NCBI GenBank assembly: GCA_018266575.1
Contig: JAFEAE010000026.1
Location: 3,777-67,776 of the forward strand
From: Bacteroidota bacterium
GTDB lineage: Bacteria > Bacteroidota > Bacteroidia > Chitinophagales > Chitinophagaceae
Reading direction: 5' to 3'
DNA length: 64,000 bases
In this document: positions 15,562-24,606 of the stretch, piece after piece
Numbering within the stretch: position 1 is the stretch's first letter
How the letters are laid out: every line of letters starts with the position of its first letter
Notes under the pieces: generated by a model
What the model saw: only the letters and a program-made list of their open reading frames with translations
What the model was told of the DNA's origin: nothing
Databases searched by the model: none
Made by a program: the position numbers and the translations under genes

Positions 15562-17766
15562 TTAATGATGCCCGAAGCTGCGGCCGCCACCACTGAAATG
15601 TGTACCACCACCGCTGCTGATATGTGAGCCGCCGAATGATCCGCCGCCAAAACGCATGCCGCCGTAATTGCTTGCCCGCTGGAAATTCATGGTGCGTACC
15701 TGCCCCCTGGAATACATTTGCCGCTGCCGTTGGAGTACTGCAGGGTTCATCTGCCTTGCCGGTGCAGACCAATTCCTGTTTACACGCTGCTGCCATTGCC
15801 CCTGTGCATTGTTTCGATAAATATTTCCCTGCCTGTCTGTAAACATCGTTTCCCTGTTGAAGCCATTACCGTTGTCGGCCCCTGCAAAATGCCTTTCAGG
15901 CCGCATAACACCCTGCCTTCCTCGGTACACGTTGTTGTTGAAACGCATGTGCATGTGTGTGCCGGGGTTGATAGTGATATTGCGGCCATAGAAACCACCG
16001 CGCAGGTCGGACCGGAAACGGCCGCCATGCCAGTTGCGGTAAGCGGGGCGGTACGTTGTTGCGCCACCCCACCAGCCACCGCCATACCAGCCGCCCCATC
16101 CGAAACCAAAACCTGCATCCCAGCCAAAACCATCATCGAACCAGTCGCAATCATAACATGAGCCAAAGCCCCAGCCAGACCATGGATTGTAGCACATATC
16201 AAATCCCCATGTCCATGGACGCGGATAATAATACATACCGATCCACGGATCGTAATCATAGCCTGTTCCATACACTACCGTGGAGCCATCTACATAACTG
16301 TTCAGGTAACCTGACGTGTAGCCATCATAAACATAGTCGGGTGTTGAATCATATATAGAAACATATTTCGCATTGAACACCGGGCAGTCGGGCGGTATAC
16401 GGTCAATCTGTTGGGGCCTTGTGGTGCTTACCACCCACGGGCCATCAGGTGAATCGGCAATAAACCATATACCATTATCAACAGCATAATAATGCCCCTG
16501 TTCTTCCAATACCGTAGAGCTTGTGTTCACTGCATATTGCATATCCGTTCCTGCAATAGGTTTAAATATCGGGGAGCCGTCGTAAACAACATTTGTGGAA
16601 GCTGATCTCCTGTCGATCTTTGCTGTTTGTGCAACCTGCGCATCAAGCACAGCTTCTCTCGCTGCATCAGTGCCTGCTACATTTGCAAGCACACCATCCT
16701 TCGGCGAGCCTTCAGGTATTTTTGCAAAATCCGCCGGCAATTGGTTTGAAGGTATATACTGCCAACTGCTGTTCTCATTTAATGCATGCGACGAATACCA
16801 TCTTCCCGACAACAACACATAATAAAGCTGATTTTGTGTATCTACGAAAATATCATTGTCTGAATTTTTTACATACAGTAAAGAAGTGCCGCTTACCGGA
16901 ACAAGGTCCGGTGAGCCGTCTGATTGTATCAGCTCAGCAGGTGAAGTGCTTACAACAATATCATACACAATATTGTCGCGTGTTTCATCTGTTGGCAGGT
17001 CGTTATTTTTTTGCGCTGATTTTTCAAGTGACTTTGCAATGCGTTTTAATTTATGTTTCACTTTATCATTGGTAAAACTATAAGGCCCGGATACATCAGG
17101 CGCAACATACCAATGGCCGCCACCGTGCAGGTAGTATTTGCCATCTTTAAATTTTACGATAACAAAAGGGCTGTTCACCACCATCTCAACACCCCACTTT
17201 TTATTTTCTTTTAAAATAGGGGAACCGTTAATCGATACAAGCATGGAAGGCCGTGTCCGGAAGATAAGTTTAGGAAGCGCATTATTAATTTTGTCTGCCA
17301 TCGCTTTTTCATCCTGCTGTTCATCAAGCGAAAGCATGACTTCATCCAATGGCAAAACACCGGAAACTTTTGGAATGTACGATTGCAATACAGACACGAG
17401 ATTATCTTTTGCAACAAGGCTGCTATCTGCAGGTATTTTGATATGATTTATATGCTCCGACTCTACAACAACCTCACGCGTGTCTCTGTCGGTCTCAACA
17501 GTTTCTGTTGACCAGTAAGTGCCGAAAACAGGATCCGTTGCTTCTTTATCCCTGACGGAAAATGCAGACCTGCTTTTAAGCATGTTGCCTGCGAAATATT
17601 CTGCTTGTGGCTGATATATATTTATTACAGTTCCATCGGAAGTAGTAATTGATTTTGGCCATTCGCTTTGTGCACACACGGGTGCTACAATTAGTATTGC
17701 AATGGCCTGCAGGATGAACCTGCAAAGATGCTTGTTCATATGTTTAAATTTTTGCTTCCTGTGCAT
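15562..17766 (-). CDS. Secreted hypothetical protein with Gly/Trp/Tyr/Phe-rich and Arg/Gln/Asn-rich C-terminal tail
   Basis: A signal peptide (MNKHLCRFILQAIAILIVAPVCAQ) follows the ATGs at 17766/17739. The upstream 100 codons of the track ORF look non-coding. The tail contains GFGWDAGFGFGWGGWYGGGWWGG and ends in GGG-rich repeats. Confidence 0.6.
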   Translation of the reverse strand: MHRKQKFKHMNKHLCRFILQAIAILIVAPVCAQSEWPKSITTSDGTVINIYQPQAEYFAGNMLKSRSAFSVRDKEATDPVFGTYWSTETVETDRDTREVVVESEHINHIKIPADSSLVAKDNLVSVLQSYIPKVSGVLPLDEVMLSLDEQQDEKAMADKINNALPKLIFRTRPSMLVSINGSPILKENKKWGVEMVVNSPFVIVKFKDGKYYLHGGGHWYVAPDVSGPYSFTNDKVKHKLKRIAKSLEKSAQKNNDLPTDETRDNIVYDIVVSTSPAELIQSDGSPDLVPVSGTSLLYVKNSDNDIFVDTQNQLYYVLLSGRWYSSHALNENSSWQYIPSNQLPADFAKIPEGSPKDGVLANVAGTDAAREAVLDAQVAQTAKIDRRSASTNVVYDGSPIFKPIAGTDMQYAVNTSSTVLEEQGHYYAVDNGIWFIADSPDGPWVVSTTRPQQIDRIPPDCPVFNAKYVSIYDSTPDYVYDGYTSGYLNSYVDGSTVVYGTGYDYDPWIGMYYYPRPWTWGFDMCYNPWSGWGFGSCYDCDWFDDGFGWDAGFGFGWGGWYGGGWWGGATTYRPAYRNWHGGRFRSDLRGGFYGRNITINPGTHMHMRFNNNVYRGRQGVMRPERHFAGADNGNGFNRETMFTDRQGNIYRNNAQGQWQQRVNRNWSAPARQMNPAVLQRQRQMYSRGQVRTMNFQRASNYGGMRFGGGSFGGSHISSGGGTHFSGGGRSFGHH

Positions 17767-18662
17767 CACAGTTTCTGTGAGCGGCCAGGAGCACATTCGG
17801 AAATTTGATTTAGAAAACCGGCCATAAAAGTTTGGCCGAAAATCAGGCGGAGAAATGCATGGCAGGAGGCCCGCGCATGCAAGCTGTTTGATTTTTCCCG
17901 GAAAGAATGTTTGCAGATAAAAGGGCAGCAAATATTTGTTTATGCCTGGTGACCCCGGTAACAGTATGAGAGATGTCCTGTAAATAAAAAAAATGAGGAA
18001 AATCAAAGCGTTTGTCAAGAGAGCCAACCCTGCAATTTCCGGGATGTGCACAAAAGTCATTTCTGTTTATATTATTCGCTGCTATTGTGCCCCTGTGCAA
18101 TGAAACTGAAACATGGCGTGATGATAATTGATAAAACCTGCATGTAGATTGTTCTGCAAGTACGGCAAGGCAAATTATTGAAAGAATAATTTTTGAAATC
18201 CGTCGGCAAATAATATGTCTGTTCCTGAACATACCTTTTGATGCGTTGACCCTTTTGCAGGATTAAAGCATAGTTCAAAATTAATTTTTTTAAAGCTGAT
18301 TGAAAAAAATGCGGTCATAAATATTTGCAAAATGATAAAGGTTATACGCAGCCTGAAAATGTTTTTGCCGGAGTTGATGATACGGTAAAAGAAATTCCGG
18401 TGTAGTGCTGTTACGATCACGGAAAGGCCTTTTTCGGTTGTTCATTTACGTTATAAAATTGTTTTAAATGCTGAATATCTAAGAATGTTTTACCCGAATG
18501 TTTTACATACCGGTATATAATCAGGTTATTTGCAAATGCCTGTGCTATCGTGGAGAGTAAAGCAGCCTGTTGCATTTTAATAAGAAATAAGGAATGAGAA
18601 AGTCTTTTGGTGGGACTTCCGTCAACCGATTTTCTCATTGCTCATTTCTTATTATACATTCC

Positions 18663-20189
18663 TTATTTCACCGCCTTATTACTATACACGATATAGTCAA
18701 AACTGTGCGCTTCGTATTTTGAATCGGGGTTGAATACTTTGATGGTGACAGTATGTTTTCCTTTCGGCAGGTTGTATTTCCAGCAAAGGTCGTTGATGCG
18801 TGTGGTAAAATTCACGGGCCATTTTATGTTGCCGGTTTTCTGATTGTCGATATACACTTCTGCATCAAAAATATAATCTGCATAGGATGCATTTTTCTTT
18901 ATGGCTTCTCCACGCAATACAAAACCGGTTCCTTCAAAATCAAATGAAATTTCTTTATCAATAATGTGATCGAATTCTTTTTTATCAACAGGGACTAATC
19001 CGACAAAACCCTGCTCGAATTTTACCTGTTGCGGTGTTTGCACATTGATCGTTACGTTGTCTGAACTCACAACGCCTTTGTTTCTTTTAATATTTTCCAG
19101 TGCATGTTTAAAACTGATATCATATACTTTGCGCAGCGAAATGGTAGTGTATTTGAAATCGATATCTTCTGCTTCTTTCAATCCCATTTTCCAATATGCA
19201 GGAATATTTTGATACCCTAACATCGCACCCAATATTCCGCCCGCTGATGAAGGGTTGCAATCCGCATCCTGCCCTGCACGTGTAGCAACCTCGAGCGTTT
19301 TTGAAAAATCTTTATTGCCATATAACAAACCCATCACCACATACGCGGAATTTAATTTCGCATCGATATCAAAAGGTGCGAAAACGCCATCCGGACAAGC
19401 AATTTCAGACGACCATTTTTTCTGCAACTCAAACCATGTCTGATGCCAGTCCTTCGGATATTTTTTATACCAGCTGATAACATCGGTTATGCATTGCCGG
19501 TAAGTTGTGTTTGCTGGTATTGTTTTCAGCGCTTCATCAATGATATAATGAATATCGTCCGACACAAATGCCAGTGAATATAATGCGCCGATGAATACAC
19601 CGCCATACCAGCCATCTCCGTAATTCATGATATGCCCGATCTTATCGCTGATGGCAGAAGCAGTGTTTGGCATTCCGGGCGACATCAATCCTGCATAATC
19701 CGATTCGATCTGGTAATCGATATCATCTGCATGCGGATTGTTTTCCCAATAGCCGGATTGTGGCGCTTTGGTGCCATTCAGAATATTATACCGTGCGGAT
19801 TGGTTGGCATGCCACAGCATATAACCTGCATGAGCAAATGCATTTGCAAAAGAATCTACCGGTGCATCCATTCCGTATTTTTCAAACACATCTACGAACG
19901 TGAGGTCCATATACAGGTCATCATACAAGCCAGGATTATTGATCATCGTTTTTTTCAAATATCCATCGTACCATAATAACGGTTGATAATCCTGGATGAA
20001 ACTCCCGTCAAAACGAAATTCATACGGGCCGCCGAACGTCACGCCGATCGTTTGTCCTGCCCAGCCACCCATGATCTTGTCTTTCAATTTTTCTTTTGAA
20101 AGCGTGATGGTTTTGGGAAGATTAGTTTGTGCGTGAAGAAATGTGAATAAGAGAAGCAGAAATGTTGTGAGAAAAATATTTTTTTTCAT
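18663..20189 (-). CDS. ADP-ribosylglycohydrolase-family protein with signal peptide and C-terminal beta-rich domain
   Basis: MKKNIFLTTFLLLLFTFLHAQ. GGWAGQTIGVTFGGPYEF near the N-terminus and ATRAGQDADCNPSSAGGILGAMLG match ARH-family metal-site segments. The track start at 20198 is TTG. Confidence 0.7.
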   Translation of the reverse strand: MKKNIFLTTFLLLLFTFLHAQTNLPKTITLSKEKLKDKIMGGWAGQTIGVTFGGPYEFRFDGSFIQDYQPLLWYDGYLKKTMINNPGLYDDLYMDLTFVDVFEKYGMDAPVDSFANAFAHAGYMLWHANQSARYNILNGTKAPQSGYWENNPHADDIDYQIESDYAGLMSPGMPNTASAISDKIGHIMNYGDGWYGGVFIGALYSLAFVSDDIHYIIDEALKTIPANTTYRQCITDVISWYKKYPKDWHQTWFELQKKWSSEIACPDGVFAPFDIDAKLNSAYVVMGLLYGNKDFSKTLEVATRAGQDADCNPSSAGGILGAMLGYQNIPAYWKMGLKEAEDIDFKYTTISLRKVYDISFKHALENIKRNKGVVSSDNVTINVQTPQQVKFEQGFVGLVPVDKKEFDHIIDKEISFDFEGTGFVLRGEAIKKNASYADYIFDAEVYIDNQKTGNIKWPVNFTTRINDLCWKYNLPKGKHTVTIKVFNPDSKYEAHSFDYIVYSNKAVK

Positions 20190-20267
20190 CTGGCGCAATG
20201 TTTAAAGAAGTATAATCTTTATGAAGATACTGTTTTAGTGATTATATAATTTGTAATCGCTCTCGCC

Positions 20268-20349
20268 GTCATTCCCGCGAAGGCGGGAATCGCACCGATT
20301 CTATAAAGCAAAATTAATTCAATGGGATTCCCGCCTTCGCGGGAATGAC
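20268..20349. repeat. Palindromic REP-like element
   Basis: gtcattcccgcgaaggcgggaatc ... gattcccgccttcgcgggaatgac. The two arms are themselves small palindromes. It lies downstream of the GH2 gene. Confidence 0.7.
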
Positions 20350-20406
20350 GTGTAACTCTCAAATAATTTTGCAATTATTCTTGAGTCTTCAAGCCTCGAC
20401 AAAAAT

Positions 20407-23052
20407 TTATTCAATCTTAAACTGCTGCTGCACAAAATTCCATCCCTGCACATCTATTAATGGAATAACATTTCCGGATGGCGTGTAATCAATGATCACT
20501 TTTTTTTCTTCGCCAGGCAAAACAGAAACATAATTATCGCTGTAAAAAACCGGAAGCAATCGATTGTGCGTTTTCGGGTCAACCAATGAAAGACGATTGA
20601 AAAATGCTACGGGTGCATTCGCTTCATTACTCAACGTAACTTCAATTTTCCCCGTCTGTAATTCTTTTGCTTTGATATGCAGGCGTGATGCGGACATATG
20701 TTGCAAGCCGGAATAATTCCCCGTTGAATCCGCCAGCCAATATAAATTATCGCTGATGGGTTTTTGATTTAAGTCTAATAAACGCAACACGAGAAATGCT
20801 CCTTCCTGTTTCGCAGCATAGCGCAATTCGCGATTAAGAAAAAGATATTTTTTTGCATCTGTCGGGCCGACTTCAGAAAATACTTGTGTAACTAATTTTT
20901 CTTTTCCACTCATATCAAACAATTTCACCTGCAGCATCATATCGCGATGTGTTTCAAATGTGTTGTTTGCAACCATCACAGAACTATCGCCTGCATTAAA
21001 GAAAATATGCAGCGGCTCCCCTGCTGTGTGCAACCCATACAAACACGCATTCGGATCGAGGTAATAATCGTACATCTGCCCACGCATCGCTGTCCACGGA
21101 TTTTGTGTTTTCCAGATGATGACTCCCGTATACCATTCCCACATGTGCGAAGTGAATCCTTCAATGAGCGAACGGTACTGATCATAATTCACCAACTGCG
21201 CTTTCCATGCAAAATCTTTTAAATCAGTTGGTTTTCCATAAGGCGAAATGGAATTGCCATAGCTGATATATTTATGATAATTCCACACCGAATCATTCAC
21301 ATCTTCCTGCCCATTTCTTTCCTGCGGAATAATCCTGTTTACTTCCGGCATAAAACGTTTGAACGATTCATAATCGTTAATACCAACCGAACCGATCTCT
21401 GAATTGAATGGGTATGTTTTGAAATTGAAAAATGTTTTGATATGCTGAATGCCATAAGGCCCGTCTCCATTGCCTCCGAGCGAATTGTACGACATGCTAT
21501 CCGAATTGGAATAATCAATAAACCAACGAGTACCGTCGAGTGAAGGCATGATGGAATCTTTCACTGCATGAAAAATATCTGCTGGCAATGTGATCTCATT
21601 TCCTCCGCACCAGATTGCAAGTGATGCGTAATTGCGGATGAGTTTTACCTGGTCAACAACAGATTCCAAATATAAATTATGGTCATCGGGATAATTCCTG
21701 CGTGTCCATTGATCATCAAGTTTCATCGGGTCCTGCCATCTTCCGTTACAATCTCCTGAACCCCACAGGTCCTGCATAACCAGAATTCCATAACGGTCGC
21801 ATGCCTCATAAAATTCAGGGCGCTCTGTAATAGCACCGCCCCACACACGAATAAGATTTAAGTTCATATCACGATGAAAACGTATCTCTGCATCATAGCG
21901 CTTTTGTGAAAAGCGAAGCATCTCATCAGAGATGATCCAGTTGCCGCCTTTAATAAAAATTTTCTGTCCATTTACTGCAACCTGTTTGCTTTTCGTTACA
22001 TCATTCCATGTCGTGGTGATCTCTCGCACACCAACAGAGATATTTTTCTCATCAGAAACAGTTGTGTTGTTTGTAAGGAATTGCAATTTGATATCATACA
22101 AATATTGTTCGCCGTAATTATTCGGCCACCATAATTTCGGATCTTTTAAAATCAAATTATCTAATTGCACAGGCACACTCGAATTTGCCGGAATAGTAAT
22201 TTCTTTTTTGATGATATTATTTTCTAATTGATACATCAGCACACCTGTTACTGCATTGCCTGTTGCATTCTGCAATGTTGCCGATACTTTTATTATGGCA
22301 GGATTTTGTTTTCCCGCAGGCATTCGGACACCGGGGACCTCCGTTACCACATGTACATCATTTATTTTTATTTCGTGTGTATGTTCAATAATTACTTTAT
22401 CCCAGATGCCGGTGTTACGGTCGCGGATCGGTTGTATCCAATCCCATCCTGCCACATATTGATGCGATACATTTCTTGCAATGGTTCCATCACCACCTTG
22501 TCCGCCATTCGGATTACCAACAACATCCGGCGGATACACGATCACCGCAAGCCTGTTATTTCCATCTTTGCGAAGCAACGACGTGATGTTGTATCTCTGG
22601 CTTAAGAACATTCCTTTGTGTACTTGCGTATTTAATTTTTTTCCATTCAGAAAAACATCACAACTGTAATTGATGCCGCGAAAATGCAGCCAAACCTGTT
22701 CATTGTTTTGCGAAGCAGTTTCTTTAAAATTTTTTACAAACCAATAGGTATAAAAATCTTTTCCGATAGTATATATATCAGGAATTTTTTTATTGTTCAT
22801 TCCGTAAAACGGGTCGGGCATTTTTTTATTCGCCACCAATGTAGTGAGCACAGTTCCGGGAACTATCGCCGGTTGCCACGAAGAAAGTTTTGTTGAAGGA
22901 TCGGATAGTTGTATGCCGCTTGATTTTATGGATGATGCCTGTGCACATATCCAGCCTTCATTTAATTCATAAGAATTTTGCGCAAACCCTGTAATACTTA
23001 AAAAAGAAAAAAGAAAAAAAACAACGAGAAAGTTTCGGTTCATGATAATCAT
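20407..23052 (-). CDS. Glycoside hydrolase family 2 (beta-mannosidase/exo-glucosaminidase-like), secreted
   Basis: 881 aa with a signal peptide. GH2 sugar-binding N-domain pattern (WLHFRGINYSCDVFLNGKKL), TIM-barrel segment (NLIRVWGGAI...ASLAIWCGGNE). Confidence 0.8.
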   Translation of the reverse strand: MIIMNRNFLVVFFLFSFLSITGFAQNSYELNEGWICAQASSIKSSGIQLSDPSTKLSSWQPAIVPGTVLTTLVANKKMPDPFYGMNNKKIPDIYTIGKDFYTYWFVKNFKETASQNNEQVWLHFRGINYSCDVFLNGKKLNTQVHKGMFLSQRYNITSLLRKDGNNRLAVIVYPPDVVGNPNGGQGGDGTIARNVSHQYVAGWDWIQPIRDRNTGIWDKVIIEHTHEIKINDVHVVTEVPGVRMPAGKQNPAIIKVSATLQNATGNAVTGVLMYQLENNIIKKEITIPANSSVPVQLDNLILKDPKLWWPNNYGEQYLYDIKLQFLTNNTTVSDEKNISVGVREITTTWNDVTKSKQVAVNGQKIFIKGGNWIISDEMLRFSQKRYDAEIRFHRDMNLNLIRVWGGAITERPEFYEACDRYGILVMQDLWGSGDCNGRWQDPMKLDDQWTRRNYPDDHNLYLESVVDQVKLIRNYASLAIWCGGNEITLPADIFHAVKDSIMPSLDGTRWFIDYSNSDSMSYNSLGGNGDGPYGIQHIKTFFNFKTYPFNSEIGSVGINDYESFKRFMPEVNRIIPQERNGQEDVNDSVWNYHKYISYGNSISPYGKPTDLKDFAWKAQLVNYDQYRSLIEGFTSHMWEWYTGVIIWKTQNPWTAMRGQMYDYYLDPNACLYGLHTAGEPLHIFFNAGDSSVMVANNTFETHRDMMLQVKLFDMSGKEKLVTQVFSEVGPTDAKKYLFLNRELRYAAKQEGAFLVLRLLDLNQKPISDNLYWLADSTGNYSGLQHMSASRLHIKAKELQTGKIEVTLSNEANAPVAFFNRLSLVDPKTHNRLLPVFYSDNYVSVLPGEEKKVIIDYTPSGNVIPLIDVQGWNFVQQQFKIE

Positions 23053-23108
23053 ATTCGGGAATGAAAAGCATAAAATTATGGCAAAATTGCCTGACCCGAA
23101 ATTGAATT

Positions 23109-23173
23109 TTCACGCAGAGGCACGGAGATCGCAGAGTTGCTTTTTCTCCGCATACCCCGCGCCTCTGCGTGAA
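23109..23173 (-). terminator. Hairpin downstream of the SNase-like gene (family-E word ttcacgcagaggc)
   Basis: ttcacgcagaggc ... gcctctgcgtgaa. A related half-element ttttcacgcagaggcgcaaagatcgcagaag occurs at 44268-44297. Confidence 0.5.
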
Positions 23174-23244
23174 ATAATTATCTAAAACTAAATATAATCT
23201 TGAAGCATTCCCGTTGCGTCGCTGCGCCGTCGCGAGGCACTAAC

Positions 23245-24258
23245 TCAAAATTTTGTGATCACACTTCCCTTATCATCTTTCAATGTAGTTCCCGCTTCTT
23301 TAAAAACAACATCTGCAGGTTTAAAATTTATTGTTCCATCTGATTTTACAAAATCTGCAAGCAGTGGCGATTTCTTTGGGTAACCACTTGCTAAAAACAC
23401 AGAAGTGAGGCAACACTTATCATCTTTATTTCCCTGTAAAAAAGTTTCGTAGCCCAAAGCAGAAAATGTTTTTTTATCTTTTATTTCAAACTCCCACAAA
23501 CGCCTGAATAATTTCGGGAAAATTACCGGCGGTTTTTTATCTGCCTTTGCAGAATAACTTCCATCTTTTTTGCTGTGTATTAGTGTGCGGTCGAGTGCCG
23601 CCATTTTGTAAGATGCATATTTCCAGATACCCAGTTTGTTTTGCATCGCATTTTTTGCAAGGTTAGCAATATCCTGAATTTCCTGGTTAGTCATGGAATT
23701 ATAAAAGGCAGGAAATGCATAACCGTTCTCAATCAGCCAATGGTTCACATCAACTGTTTTCCCTTTACTGTTAACAATGCTGATATCACCTACACAACGG
23801 CCGTATTTATCAAACACATCATTTGGTTCATCCACTTGTGTGAATACAGAACAGGCGAGTGTAGTATCTTTCGTTTGCGACTGCAGGTATTTATACAACT
23901 GCACGGTTGAGGTTTCTCCCATGTGTTGCCTGTATAATGGAGTGCCGGTCATGTAATGCAATTCAGGCGCATCAATGCCTTGCAGGCGCATCGTTACCAA
24001 ACTTTTGCTGTTGATCACCGGTTTAAATTTTTTCACAGTAGTGCCATCACTCTTTTTTTCATTCGTCCAGAAACCCGCATTGTTCAGCGCTTTTGTTTTT
24101 TTAATTTTTCCTGCAGCAGAAGTGAATATGATCGTAGCCATATCCACTTTTACTTTCACCGTATCCGCATCAGAGTCTAAAGTGTTGCCGGCTTTAATAT
24201 TTTCCGGCCAGAATTGGGTGAGGTCGATCGTTCCGTTGAAGGTTAATAATCCGGGCAT
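23245..24258 (-). CDS. Staphylococcal-nuclease (SNase/thermonuclease)-fold nuclease, no signal peptide, with ~115-aa unknown C-terminal domain
   Basis: DADTVKV, RLQGIDAPE, DKYGRCVGDI, NHWLIENGYA and KLGIWKY reproduce the ordered SNase motifs. The ATG at 24258 (MPGLLTFNG...) is preferred over the TTG at 24282. Confidence 0.75.
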   Translation of the reverse strand: MPGLLTFNGTIDLTQFWPENIKAGNTLDSDADTVKVKVDMATIIFTSAAGKIKKTKALNNAGFWTNEKKSDGTTVKKFKPVINSKSLVTMRLQGIDAPELHYMTGTPLYRQHMGETSTVQLYKYLQSQTKDTTLACSVFTQVDEPNDVFDKYGRCVGDISIVNSKGKTVDVNHWLIENGYAFPAFYNSMTNQEIQDIANLAKNAMQNKLGIWKYASYKMAALDRTLIHSKKDGSYSAKADKKPPVIFPKLFRRLWEFEIKDKKTFSALGYETFLQGNKDDKCCLTSVFLASGYPKKSPLLADFVKSDGTINFKPADVVFKEAGTTLKDDKGSVITKF

Positions 24259-24374
24259 GATGATAAAGTTTATGATTAACAAAAAGAATTGCCAAAGTAA
24301 AAGACGGAATTTTTATGCAGGGGCAAACATTAATTTCCGATTAATTCTGTTGAAGTTAAACCCGGCGTATCTGT

Positions 24375-24505
24375 AAGAAAAAATCATGGGGCTGTCACCG
24401 ACGGAATATATCCCGGCATCAGTTCGGGCTTTCGCTATTACTCCGCCACAAAGCCAACGCACAAAGCTTCAGCGGGGTAACCGCTCAATCCCGCAGCCCG
24501 TCGGC
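24375..24505 (+). repeat. Family-D ~125-nt element, copy 2 (points toward 24607 gene)
   Basis: ggggctgtcaccgacggaatatatcccggcatcagttcgggctttcgct...ccgctcaatcccgcagccc. Inverted relative to 15155-15280. Confidence 0.7.
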
Positions 24506-24606
24506 AGAAGAATTCGGGTCATCACTTTTATTTTGGAGTCGCTGAGAATCATGCTACATTAGTATATCATCCCTTTTCATTTCTTCACGATTTAAAAAAT
24601 ATCACC

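Noticed and set aside
15624-16358. Multiple ORFs on both strands (72-163 aa) in the 3' part of gene 15562-17766
   Set aside because: The Gly/Trp/Arg-rich repetitive coding sequence removes stop codons in several frames. Only the 735-aa frame has a signal peptide and continuous globular sequence.
17767-18060. N-terminal 98-107 codon extension of track ORF 15562-18060
   Set aside because: The extension precedes a textbook signal peptide that begins at internal ATGs (17766/17739), and it has atypical composition.
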